Under the pieces are notes generated by a model. It was not told the DNA's origin and did not search any database. It saw only the letters and a list, made by a program, of their open reading frames with translations. From the NCBI GenBank assembly GCA_963827685.1, contig CAWHBU010000003.1, forward strand, positions 1 to 64,000: a stretch of DNA of 64,000 nt, read 5' to 3'. This DNA is from an uncultured delta proteobacterium (GTDB taxonomy: Bacteria > Desulfobacterota > BSN033 > UBA1163). The position numbers were made by a program, and so were the translations under genes. Shown here piece after piece: positions 1 to 9,185 of this stretch (position 1 is its first letter; the number at the start of each line of letters is the position of its first letter).

Positions 1-14
1 CTTCGGTACACGCC

Positions 15-1058
15 TTAAAACGATATTCCCAGCTTCGAGCAGATGCCGCGCGTGAAGTCTCGCACGGTTTCGTTGGGGTCTTCAAGCCCGAGCTTTATTG
101 GCGCTTCATATTTCTCGCTGTAGCCATTCTTCATGACGGTCAGCGCGTTTAGTTTCCATTTCCAGAGGTTTTCCGGCTTTATGTACCAATATTTGGGAGC
201 CAACGTGCGGCCGATCTCATCATAACTCATCTCCATGATACTTTCCGGACGCATTAACGGCGCCAGCGCCTCAAGCCCCGGGAAGTCCTCGCCGCCTGTC
301 CATTTGCCTTTATTAAAGGGGCATACGTCCTGGCACACGTCGCAGCCGTACAGCCTGCAACCTATTTGCTCCGCCATCTCAGGGGATGGTACGCCCATTC
401 CCATATTCGCCGAGATGGAAGTCTGAAAGCTAGCGCACCCGATCATCGACATGGTATATGGTGCGCTCAGCGTATGGGTAGGGCAGGCTCCGATGCATTT
501 GTTGCAGTCTTTCGAGCACTCTTTGAGTTTCACGTCGCGAATGAGTTCGAGCTCCCGGTCTACTGCGAACATTTCTATGCGATTATATGACCCGTTTTTG
601 GTGTAGAAGAAATTATTCTGGCGGATGATGCCGAGCCCTGCCTGATAGGCTGCCCAGCGGGCCGGCGCTGGGATTCCATAACTGCTGCCCAACATGCATG
701 TAAGACCGAGGCTTTCGAGAAACGTGGAGAATTCCCTGCGTATGCTGAAAAAGGGCGCCTGTTCGTCCGTTCTGCAGTCGAACATGTAGGCTTTGCCGTA
801 GACGCCATCAAATTCGCCAGGCACGTTGTACCTGCAGGTAGGAACGATAGCGACTATGATGGATTTTATCTTGGGATTGTCCGCCGAGGGGTCCGCATAA
901 CTCCTATAGCGCCCATATATTTTCTCTCCCATGGGTATCCGCGAGATGCGCTCCTCCAGCTTTTCGCGATAACCGGCCAAGGCGCCAACTCTAATAATAC
1001 CGCAGTCCTCGTATCCAAGTTTCAGAGCCTTTTCCTGTATTTTGTTTTCCATAATCAT
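15..1058 (-). CDS. QueG/epoxyqueuosine reductase-like FeS protein
   Basis: CxxxCxxCxxxCP and YGCDVCQDVCP FeS motifs, AGLG motif and HEAT-like C-terminus; start moved to the ATG after a GGAGG SD. Confidence 0.75.
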   Translation of the reverse strand: MIMENKIQEKALKLGYEDCGIIRVGALAGYREKLEERISRIPMGEKIYGRYRSYADPSADNPKIKSIIVAIVPTCRYNVPGEFDGVYGKAYMFDCRTDEQAPFFSIRREFSTFLESLGLTCMLGSSYGIPAPARWAAYQAGLGIIRQNNFFYTKNGSYNRIEMFAVDRELELIRDVKLKECSKDCNKCIGACPTHTLSAPYTMSMIGCASFQTSISANMGMGVPSPEMAEQIGCRLYGCDVCQDVCPFNKGKWTGGEDFPGLEALAPLMRPESIMEMSYDEIGRTLAPKYWYIKPENLWKWKLNALTVMKNGYSEKYEAPIKLGLEDPNETVRDFTRGICSKLGISF

Positions 1059-1215
1059 AACTCCTCCTTCTGACAATCAATTTTCTGAAGCACACGCACT
1101 TTTCGCGGAATATCCGACTTTACCACCATGAATTCTCCCGGCAACATACTTGCGAATTGCAAGTAGTATAAAACATCTACTTGTTTTATGCAAGTAATTA
1201 GTATATTCTTTAAGT

Positions 1216-1647
1216 ATGAAGAAAATCACCAGGAGATCGATGTGTCCTATCAGTACCACTCTCGACATCTTGGGCGATAAGTGGACACTGCTGATCATAC
1301 GGGACTTGATGTTCAAAGGAAAAAAAACGTACGGCGAGTTTTTGCAATCCGAAGAAAAGATCGCGACTAATATCCTTGCCGATCGTCTACTCATTCTGGA
1401 AAAGAACGGGATCGTCGAAAAAAGGGCCTTTCCCGGAAATAAGGTAAAAAACCTTTACCAATTAACTCCTAAGGGGATCGATCTAATGCCTATCATGTTT
1501 GAGATCATCTTATGGGGTGACAAATATTTCGAAATTCCGGAACGTGTTCATCGGCTTGCAGGAGAAATCCGGAAGGACAGTAACGGCATGATAAAGGAGA
1601 TTTCAAAAAGACTTGCAGCGACGGACGCGGAGTCAGTGACTAAATGA
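1216..1647 (+). CDS. HxlR-family winged-helix transcriptional regulator
   Basis: CPISTTLDILGDKWTLLIIRDL...Y.LT.KG signature; divergent from the QueG-like gene. Confidence 0.9.
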   Translation: MKKITRRSMCPISTTLDILGDKWTLLIIRDLMFKGKKTYGEFLQSEEKIATNILADRLLILEKNGIVEKRAFPGNKVKNLYQLTPKGIDLMPIMFEIILWGDKYFEIPERVHRLAGEIRKDSNGMIKEISKRLAATDAESVTK

Positions 1648-1672
1648 TCCCTCGGAATTAACTCGTGGATAG

Positions 1673-1760
1673 TGTCCTTACGCGGACCCAGTGCTCGGTA
1701 GGGAAATCATAGGGGTGAAGAGCACGGTGAGGTCGCGCTTGGTCCACTCCCGGTATTTTC
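1673..1760 (-). pseudogene. IS256-family transposase remnant
   Basis: Minus strand reads YDFPTEHWVRVRT, resembling the IS256 FYDFPxEHWxxxRTTN motif; short and frameshifted. Confidence 0.45.
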
Positions 1761-2201
1761 CACCACATCATGGAGGGGCGGGAGGTCACATCTTCAAATG
1801 TTAATATATCTTTGGTGATCATCCGTACCTTTCAATCCTTTTATATTAAAACCGTGTCCGTGTCCGTTCTCCGTATAGGAAAAGAGGGGCGTTCATGCAG
1901 AGCATGCTTCACAGGGGGTTTGGGGTGGATGGTTCTTTGGGTATAAGGATTGGGAGCGAGAGGCAACTGTCGGAACAGATTAGGTCAAAATATCGACTTG
2001 GCTAGGCACGTCCCGCACGAACGTCCCTATGGTTCTATTTTGACTTTTTCTGAAAGTTTCGGTTGACCAATTTTCATAAAATAGATATATTCCAATCAGT
2101 AATCACCAGGGTGGCGGTGTAGATATTTCTTCATTTTCAGGGGAAAAAAGTCTACGGTCAGAAGGAAACTTTCATGAAATATAGGCAAAGTCAAGGATAA
2201 A

Positions 2202-3541
2202 CGGCCTGTTGCTCAAAAGCCCAATTCAAAAATATCTGAAAATTTAAGTTTCGATGAATGATAGCCGGGGGTAAATAGAACCAAATAGCACCATTTGGCC
2301 AATTTTAAAGCTCATCAGCTCCTTAAAATCTGAAAAAGACCTTATCTCCCTTGTCACAGCCCCTTTGATCTGCTCCATCATTACCGATGGACTTCTCTTT
2401 AGGTAAGATCCATACCTCAGCAAAACCTCAATGTTCTGGACAGCAGAGATCAGGTATTCCTGTATCTGCACCCGCCAAAGCCCTCTCCATCGTGCCCGGT
2501 CATATCCATACCGCGTCCCTCTGGCATAGGAACGCTCCATCAAGTGTTGCCTCATTTTGATATCCCGCTTCGCTTTGGCCGATCGACTCGCCTCTCGCAT
2601 CCTGTCTAGATCTTCCTGCCTCAGATGTCGCTTAATTGTCCGACCCGACTTGTTCTTGGTACACTGCTCTCTTAAGTCACATATCGCACAAATCTTCTTG
2701 GGCGCAGCGTAATCTCTACTTTGCCGACTCATATGTAATGACCTAGGCTTCAACCGATGCCCAGCTGGACAACGATAGGTGTCACTCTCCCGATCATACT
2801 CAAACCGCTCTTCCCCAAAGATATTCTGCTTTTCTGTACGCTTCAATGAGATTTCCCTCAAATCCGGCATGTGAGCCTCTACCCCTCTATCATGACACGC
2901 CAAAAAGTTCTCGATCGTCCCGTATTTGCTGTCGGCCACCACCGTATCCGCCTTGATCCCTGTATTTAAATGGTGGCTCTCTATCAGAGGAATCATCTCA
3001 TGCGCTTCATTGACATCTCCTGTTGTCGTTTCGATCGCCGTGATCACTTCACTCCGCTCATCCACTGCCCGATGAACCTGATAGGAGAGTTTGGGCTTGC
3101 CACGATTCACAATCGATGCATCCGGATCGGTCGTTGAAATGTATCGGCTGTTCTCTTTGACGTATCTCCTCGAAGAATCCGTGCTCTCGCTCTTTTCCTC
3201 CAATCGCGCTTCCAGCTTCTTGTAGCCCTCCTGGAGTTGAACCTTCAACGATCGCGTGTCGATCACGGAGTTGTTCGATGCATCCGCATCCACCAGGCTC
3301 GAATCCACAAAGATCTTTCTGCCGTCCACTAACCCCGCCTCCACACATTGCCACACCATTCGCTCAAAGAACCCCCTAAACGCTTCCACTCCCCACCGCG
3401 CCCTGGCTTTACTCAAAACACTGTGATCCGGCACCTCGCTGTCTATGTCGTACCCTAAAAACCATAGCCAGTCTAAACGCATGGGGATCGTCTCCATCAA
3501 CTCTCGTTCCGATCGAACATTGTAAAGAACTAATAGCAACA
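2202..3541 (-). mobile_element. IS1182-family element, 5'-truncated copy
   Basis: Near-identical to the element at 4705-6325 from the same end (cggcctgttgctcaaa); identity stops at 3541, so the transposase N-terminus and second TIR are missing. Confidence 0.9.
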
Positions 3542-3699
3542 GTGAGATTGGAAATATTGCCGAATCAATTCATTATATGGAATCTGCCAGGGTTGAATTT
3601 ATGCAAGTGTTCAATAAAAATCACTATGTTCTTAAAGAAATAGAAAAGCATCTAAAAGTCCTCAGAAAAGTCGATAGTAAAACCGGCGACCGAGTCTGA
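3541..3699 (+). pseudogene. 3' remnant of an unknown gene fused to the truncated IS
   Basis: Open frame SEIGNIAESIHYMESARVEFMQVFNKNHYVLKEIEKHL...RV* starts exactly at the IS truncation point. Confidence 0.4.
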
Positions 3700-3766
3700 A
3701 CAGGCAATGGGTTACCCCTAAGGATTTAGATTAATATGAGTCACCTAAAAAGGGTATATCTTACCT

Positions 3767-4513
3767 ATGGTGAGGGGAACACAAATTCAGTTGAAGTTTG
3801 AACAGTTGTATGACGCTTATGATAAATCACTTGATAATGCGATGCGTCTACATGGAGCTGGTGTTAACCTATTGCATGAATTTCCAGATATTTCGTTGGG
3901 ATTGTTCGAACTCGGACAGGAAGAACTTGGAAAATCCTATACCTGTTTAGCAACGATGGCCGTGAAAAAAGGCGACCCAGCGTTCTGGAAGATATTTTGG
4001 AAAGAATGGAAGCAACATAATATAAAAGCTCGTAGAGCTTTCCTCTATGAATGGCTTAGTCCCCTCCATCTTGGAGCATCATCGTCGGATGGGATGAAGT
4101 TTAACGGATTTCCTTTAAGAAGTGAAATAGTGCTTGAGAGGGAATTTTCATTTTACGTCAATTATGATGATAAACAACAGAAGTTTACTAGTCCATTTGA
4201 GAGCGTGAGCAGAGCAGAAACCTTTAATCGTGCATGTGCGTTATCAAGCCTTATTTACACTGCCCTTGCTGTTAAAGAAACTTTGGATGTTGGTGAAAAG
4301 GAAAAAAATTATAAAACCTTTTCAATTATTCCATTTCGTATCCTTACAAAGTTCACCTATCAACAAGATATGCCGGGGTTATATCGAAAATTTTCAAGCA
4401 TATCATCGTATCATAATTCATTGATTGTGAGGCTCAAGGAAGCGTTCGACAAAAATAGAAGTGAGCTAAATAGTATGATCACGAAAGTCAAGGGAGACTT
4501 TGAGGATGCATGA
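3767..4513 (+). CDS. AbiV-family abortive infection protein (putative)
   Basis: SLDNAMRL...A..L, ELGQEELGK and a downstream HxxK (HNIK) pattern typical of AbiV-like proteins; AT-rich. Confidence 0.7.
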   Translation: MVRGTQIQLKFEQLYDAYDKSLDNAMRLHGAGVNLLHEFPDISLGLFELGQEELGKSYTCLATMAVKKGDPAFWKIFWKEWKQHNIKARRAFLYEWLSPLHLGASSSDGMKFNGFPLRSEIVLEREFSFYVNYDDKQQKFTSPFESVSRAETFNRACALSSLIYTALAVKETLDVGEKEKNYKTFSIIPFRILTKFTYQQDMPGLYRKFSSISSYHNSLIVRLKEAFDKNRSELNSMITKVKGDFEDA

Positions 4514-4704
4514 GGCATCGAAATAGCAAGAAATAGCAATGGGGTCAGGTCTTGCAATCACACATTCGATTTTAAGAGCACAGATGGGGAGATGTAGCTT
4601 CTAAAACAACTTGGCGTCGGTTGGTCATTTTTAAAGAAGCAGCAAATGGGGATATACCTTATTATTATGAACCTTCTCGGTCCCACCGGCTTGTGAAGAG
4701 TGTA

Positions 4705-6325
4705 CGGCCTGTTGCTCAAAAGCCCAATTCAAAAATATCTGAAAATTTAAGTTTCGATGAATGATAGCCGGGGGTAAATAGAACCAAATAGCACCATTTG
4801 GCCAATTTTAAAGCTCATCAGCTCCTTAAAATCTGAAAAAGACCTTATCTCCCTTGTCACAGCCCCTTTGATCTGCTCCATCATTACCGATGGACTTCTC
4901 TTTAGGTAAGATCCATACCTCAGCAAAACCTCAATGTTCTGGACAGCAGAGATCAGGTATTCCTGTATCTGCACCCGCCAAAGCCCTCTCCATCGTGCCC
5001 GGTCATATCCATACCGCGTCCCTCTGGCATAGGAACGCTCCATCAAATGCTGCCTCACTTTGATATCCCGCTTCGCTTTGGCCGATCGACTCGCTTCTCG
5101 CATCCTGTCTAGATCTTCCTGCCTCAGATGTCGCTTAATTGTCCGACCTGATCTGTTTCTAGTACACTGCTCTCTTAAGTCACATGCTGCACAAATCTTC
5201 TTGGGTGCAGCGTAATCTCTACTTTGCCGACTCATATGTAATGATCTAGGCTTCAACCGATGCCCAGCCGGACAACGATAGGTGTCACTCTCCCGATCAT
5301 ACTCAAACCGCTCTTCCCCAAAGATATTCTGCTTTTCTGTACGCTTCAATGAAATTTCCCTCAAGTCCGGCATGTGGGCCTCTACTCCTCTATCATGACA
5401 GGCCAAAAAGTTCTCGATCGTCCCGTATTTGCTGTCGGCCACCACCGTATCCGCATTGATCCCTGTATTTAAACGGTGGCTCTCTATCAGAGGAATCATC
5501 TCATGCGCTTCATTGACATCTCCTGTTGTCGTCTCGATCGCCGTGATCACTTCACTCCGCTCATCCACGGCCCGATGTACCTGATAGGAGAGTTTGGGCT
5601 TGCCACGATTCACTATCGATGCATCCGGATCGGTCGTTGAAATGTATCGGCTGTTCTCTTTAACGTATCTCCTGGAGGAATCCGTGCTCTCGCTCTTTTC
5701 CTCTAATCGTGCTTCCAGCTTCTTGTAGCCCTCCTGGAGTTGAACCTTCAACGATCGCGTGTCGATCACGGAGTTGTTCGATGCATCCGCATCCACCAGG
5801 CTCGAATCCACAAAGATCTTTCTGCCGTCCACTAACCCCGCCTCCACACATTGCCACACCATTCGCTCAAAGAACCCCCTAAACGCTTCCACTCCCCACC
5901 GCGCCCTGGCTTTACTCAAAACACTGTGATCCGGCACCTCACTGTCTATGTCGTACCCTAAAAACCATAGCCAGTCTAAACGCATGGGGATCGTTTCCAT
6001 TAACTCTCGTTCCGATCGAACATTGTAAAGAACTAACAGCAACATCATCTTCAGGATTACAGGAGGGGGAATGGACACATTCCCGTTGCCCCCATAGGTG
6101 TCTCTGACCTCTGCATAGATGAAGTTAAAGTCAATCTGCTCTTGAATCCTTCTCAGAAGGTGTGTCCGGGGAATCCTTTGTTCCAGGTTCATATGATGAT
6201 AGAAGATCTTCGGCTGAATTCCTGTCTGTTGTCCCATCATGGCAATATCTCCATTCCAGATTTGTGCTGCCATGCTTATAGCTCGAATGTATAATCGTTG
6301 CAAGCATCATTTGGGCAACAGCCCG
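4705..6325 (-). mobile_element. Complete IS1182-family insertion sequence
   Basis: 16-bp TIRs cggcctgttgctcaaa / tttgggcaacagcccg with 2 mismatches; 4-bp TSD TGTA at 4701-4704 and 6326-6329; the empty site is visible at 14680-14720. Confidence 0.93.
4747..6240 (-). CDS. IS1182 DDE transposase
   Basis: DUF772-like PPPVILKMMLL...SERELME...WFLG...PDHS, DSSLVDA, ADSKYG, YRCPAG and C..C.LR.QC motifs. Confidence 0.92.
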   Translation of the reverse strand: MMGQQTGIQPKIFYHHMNLEQRIPRTHLLRRIQEQIDFNFIYAEVRDTYGGNGNVSIPPPVILKMMLLLVLYNVRSERELMETIPMRLDWLWFLGYDIDSEVPDHSVLSKARARWGVEAFRGFFERMVWQCVEAGLVDGRKIFVDSSLVDADASNNSVIDTRSLKVQLQEGYKKLEARLEEKSESTDSSRRYVKENSRYISTTDPDASIVNRGKPKLSYQVHRAVDERSEVITAIETTTGDVNEAHEMIPLIESHRLNTGINADTVVADSKYGTIENFLACHDRGVEAHMPDLREISLKRTEKQNIFGEERFEYDRESDTYRCPAGHRLKPRSLHMSRQSRDYAAPKKICAACDLREQCTRNRSGRTIKRHLRQEDLDRMREASRSAKAKRDIKVRQHLMERSYARGTRYGYDRARWRGLWRVQIQEYLISAVQNIEVLLRYGSYLKRSPSVMMEQIKGAVTREIRSFSDFKELMSFKIGQMVLFGSIYPRLSFIET

Positions 6326-6353
6326 TGTAGACGCGACACCGATACTGAGACAC

Positions 6354-6394
6354 CAAACAAAAAAAGGGAGCCGGCGGGCTCCCTTTTTTTGTTT
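6354..6394. terminator. Bidirectional intrinsic terminator (duplicate of the etfA terminator)
   Basis: A-tract, gggagcc-ggcg-ggctccc hairpin, T-tract; same hairpin as at 14733-14769. Confidence 0.8.
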
Positions 6395-6414
6395 GGTTAT
6401 TTAAGTTCTGCGAC

Positions 6415-6566
6415 TTATTTTGATTTTAGCTCCTTTAATTTCGCGGTCAGAGCAGGCAAGACTTCTTTATAATCCCCGACGATACCGAAGTGGGCTACGC
6501 TGAAGATATTAGCCTCCTTATCCTTATTGATAGCCACAATGACCTTTGATCCCAAACAGCCAGCGA
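6415..6566 (-). repeat. Orphan etfA 3'-end copy 1 (about 152 bp)
   Basis: Encodes [49 protein letters not shown], matching the C-terminus of etfA at 14790. Confidence 0.95.
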
Positions 6567-6575
6567 CCAACAAAA

Positions 6576-6637
6576 GGGTCAGGTCTTGCAATAACACAAT
6601 AGAAACCGAAGCAACTTTTTGCTCTCGAAATGCCTCC
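6576..6637 (+). repeat. Left 62-bp inverted repeat (GGGTCAGGTCTTGCAA-type)
   Basis: 58/62 identical to the reverse complement of 7948-8009; a shorter related copy starts at 4541. Confidence 0.9.
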
Positions 6638-6660
6638 GCGGGCAGGACTCGGTCACAGCT

Positions 6661-6838
6661 GGGTCAATAGGTCAATTCCTCATTATTGATAAGCCGTATA
6701 AGATTATGCTGAAAGTGGGTGATAGATCGGTGAGCCAGGAGCGAAGGAGATTAAGGGATTGGCTGAGCCACGATCGAAATGCTCAGAATTTATTCAAAGG
6801 GTTTCTTGGAAAATGTAACGATTGAAGAATTGACCCCC
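6661..6838 (+). pseudogene. Possible C-terminal remnant of a REP-associated (IS200-like, DnaA-C HTH) transposase between short inverted repeats
   Basis: Peptide VGDRSVSQERRRLRDWLSHDRNAQNLF ends next to gaagaattgacccc, an inverted partner of ggtcaattcctca at 6670. Confidence 0.4.
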
Positions 6839-7123
6839 TGATCCACCTGACTCCGTTGATCATCAGTTTCAGGTAGATGTAATAATTTTGAAGACCATTA
6901 AGAAACGTGTTTGACTTTTTGAACAAATTGGTATTGAATTATTCTCGGGAGTGTGAGCCAATAGGACAGCGGTTCTTGGGTTCATTGCATCTCAGGAAAG
7001 TCATTCGTCATGAGAAGTGTCAATTTTCACCTACGTCCCTCGGGGCCGTCATAACATTTTTTTCACTCAACGTATTTTCAGGCCCCCGTGTTACTCATGC
7101 GGGGACCAAAGAGGGGAAGCCAC

Positions 7124-7873
7124 ATGAGCCCGATCAGTTCTGAATCTATTTTCCATTTTACAAGTTCAATGCATAACCTCACCAACATCCTTAAAAATGA
7201 ATTTCAGCCGATGCTTAGTTTCGAAAGAATCGTTTTGGAAGATATAACGCTAGAAGGTTATTTCCCAATGGTTTGTTTTTGCAATATCCCCCTCTCTCAA
7301 ATAAGTAGGCATATTGATAAATATGGCCACTATGGAATAGGGATGTCATATGACTGGGTAAAAAAGACAGGGCTAAATCCTGTATTATATTTAAGAGCAG
7401 GTTCGATTTTATCTACTCATATCAAGAAGATCTATTTGCATCTTCTCCAGCAAGGGCACGACAGACATACAGACGAGGCTACAGCAGCACTATTGGATAT
7501 TCTAAGATATTTTAAAGCCTATAGAGGCAATTTTTACAGGAATGGGAGGCTAATTAAAAGAAATGTAAAATTTTATGACGAAAGGGAATTAAGATATGTT
7601 CCCAATCCAGCCCGGGTTGATGGCCTCTATTTTTTATCAGAAGATAAGTATAACGATCCAATTCAAAGGAACAAAGCCGATTCGAAGCTTGGAAAATTAA
7701 AGCTTAGATTTGAACCAAACGACATTAATTACATAATAATTGACAAACAGCATGAAATAACCGAAATGGTTAACGTATTGAATCATATCAAAAGACCGAA
7801 ATACAGTACAAAAACAGTGGAAATCTTAACCACTAAAATAATAACTTGCCGTCAAATACTAAGAGATTTTTAG
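7124..7873 (+). CDS. AbiGi-family protein
   Basis: IFHFT...ILK..F.P, PMVCFCNIPL...H...YG.YGIGM...W....GLNPVLY and FYDERELRYVP motifs. Confidence 0.85.
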   Translation: MSPISSESIFHFTSSMHNLTNILKNEFQPMLSFERIVLEDITLEGYFPMVCFCNIPLSQISRHIDKYGHYGIGMSYDWVKKTGLNPVLYLRAGSILSTHIKKIYLHLLQQGHDRHTDEATAALLDILRYFKAYRGNFYRNGRLIKRNVKFYDERELRYVPNPARVDGLYFLSEDKYNDPIQRNKADSKLGKLKLRFEPNDINYIIIDKQHEITEMVNVLNHIKRPKYSTKTVEILTTKIITCRQILRDF

Positions 7874-7947
7874 AAACGAATTTATCCACTAAGAATGTAT
7901 TTATAATAAAATGCAGACCTCCCGGTTACGAGCTTCATCAGTTTTGG

Positions 7948-8009
7948 GGAGCCATTTCGAGAGGAAAAAGTAGCTTCGGTTTCTATTGTGTTATTGCAAG
8001 ACCTGGCCC
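7948..8009 (-). repeat. Right 62-bp inverted repeat
   Basis: Reverse complement of 6576-6637 with 4 mismatches. Confidence 0.9.
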
Positions 8010-8081
8010 TGGCCTCGACTTTTAATAAGGAAAAGAAAAATTTAATTAACCCGAAAGTATTTTTTTGCCAAGAGAAAATTG

Positions 8082-9185
8082 ATGAAGATAGACCATTTCC
8101 AGGAAGAGGAAACTTACCTATTCTCCTCGCTTTTGAATAAACTCAAAGGACTATCTGAGAAGAATGTCAGCGTCACGACCAAGTGCCTCCTCGCCATTTT
8201 TTGGAAACTCCATGGAGAAAAACAATTTATCGACCCTCTTCTCAAGGATATCGAAACAGAAATCGTTGCTTATAACTCTGACCCCTCAAGGGAATCAAAC
8301 CGGATAAAAAAGGTGTTCGCATGCGCAGCTTACAAGGCTGCAGCAAAAAAGCCAAAATATGAAGATAAAATCCAAAATTATCTTTCATATGCAAGAGATT
8401 CAAAGGACTGGCTGGGGCAGCCAAGAATCGCATGTTGTCTCACCTTTTTGGGAAATGACCCAATAGCCGAAGAAGCGAGGGCTTATCTAAGGGAGAACTT
8501 CGGAACATGGCTATCAGAAGGCAAGCATGACTTTATCGCTGTCGCACTATTGGCCCTTAGAACAGAAATTTCAACTGGTGACTTACAGAGAATTCTGGAG
8601 CACGTTGAATCGGGCATCGCCAACCTACCCCTTGGCACAATCTCGATGTACCTTGCCGGATTTTCTCAGAGTAATGCGACCTTGCTAAACAAGGATGCCC
8701 TCGAAGACAGGCTGTACGAATCCATCCGAGATAGAGTTAAAGTAGCCCCTTCCCTTGAAGACGATGAGACAATCCTGGCTGCGACCGCATTATTCCTGGC
8801 AAAGTATCATAGAATCTCAGGGTATCTTGAGAAATATTCGGCGGAACTCAGGGAGACCCTTGCTCAGAAGGGCACTTTCGCTGAGGCCATAAAAAAAACC
8901 AAAACCCGAAATCTCTTGCTATGCATGACCCTTGTCGCCACCATAGGACTGATCTGCCTCATATTCTTCATTCCTTGGCTTGTTGAGTTCAAGGATAATC
9001 CTTCAGCATTTGGCCGACTTTTGCTGATGTTAAACACGAAAAAGGACTATGCACTCACTGTAGCTGCCGTGCTCGTCCTCTATATCCTCGTGTCATATTT
9101 CAAGAAGGGCGACCCTGTTTTGGGGATAGTGGATTATCTTCGTGAAAAAATCCCTGGGTTATTCAAGGGTGACAAGGAGAAATGA
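8082..9185 (+). CDS. Argonaute-associated alpha-helical protein with two C-terminal transmembrane segments (putative effector)
   Basis: Hydrophobic segments LLLCMTLVATIGLICLIFFIPWLV and YALTVAAVLVLYILVSYF; ATGA overlap with the Argonaute start. Confidence 0.75.
   Translation: MKIDHFQEEETYLFSSLLNKLKGLSEKNVSVTTKCLLAIFWKLHGEKQFIDPLLKDIETEIVAYNSDPSRESNRIKKVFACAAYKAAAKKPKYEDKIQNYLSYARDSKDWLGQPRIACCLTFLGNDPIAEEARAYLRENFGTWLSEGKHDFIAVALLALRTEISTGDLQRILEHVESGIANLPLGTISMYLAGFSQSNATLLNKDALEDRLYESIRDRVKVAPSLEDDETILAATALFLAKYHRISGYLEKYSAELRETLAQKGTFAEAIKKTKTRNLLLCMTLVATIGLICLIFFIPWLVEFKDNPSAFGRLLLMLNTKKDYALTVAAVLVLYILVSYFKKGDPVLGIVDYLREKIPGLFKGDKEK

Noticed and set aside
15-1058. Reductive dehalogenase
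   Set aside because: No Tat signal or rdhB anchor gene; the YGCDxCQxxCP motif and HEAT-like tail fit a QueG-like protein better.
6415-6597. 60-aa ORF (and 13702-13983) as real genes
   Set aside because: They are etfA tails fused by chance to unrelated upstream sequence, with no SD.
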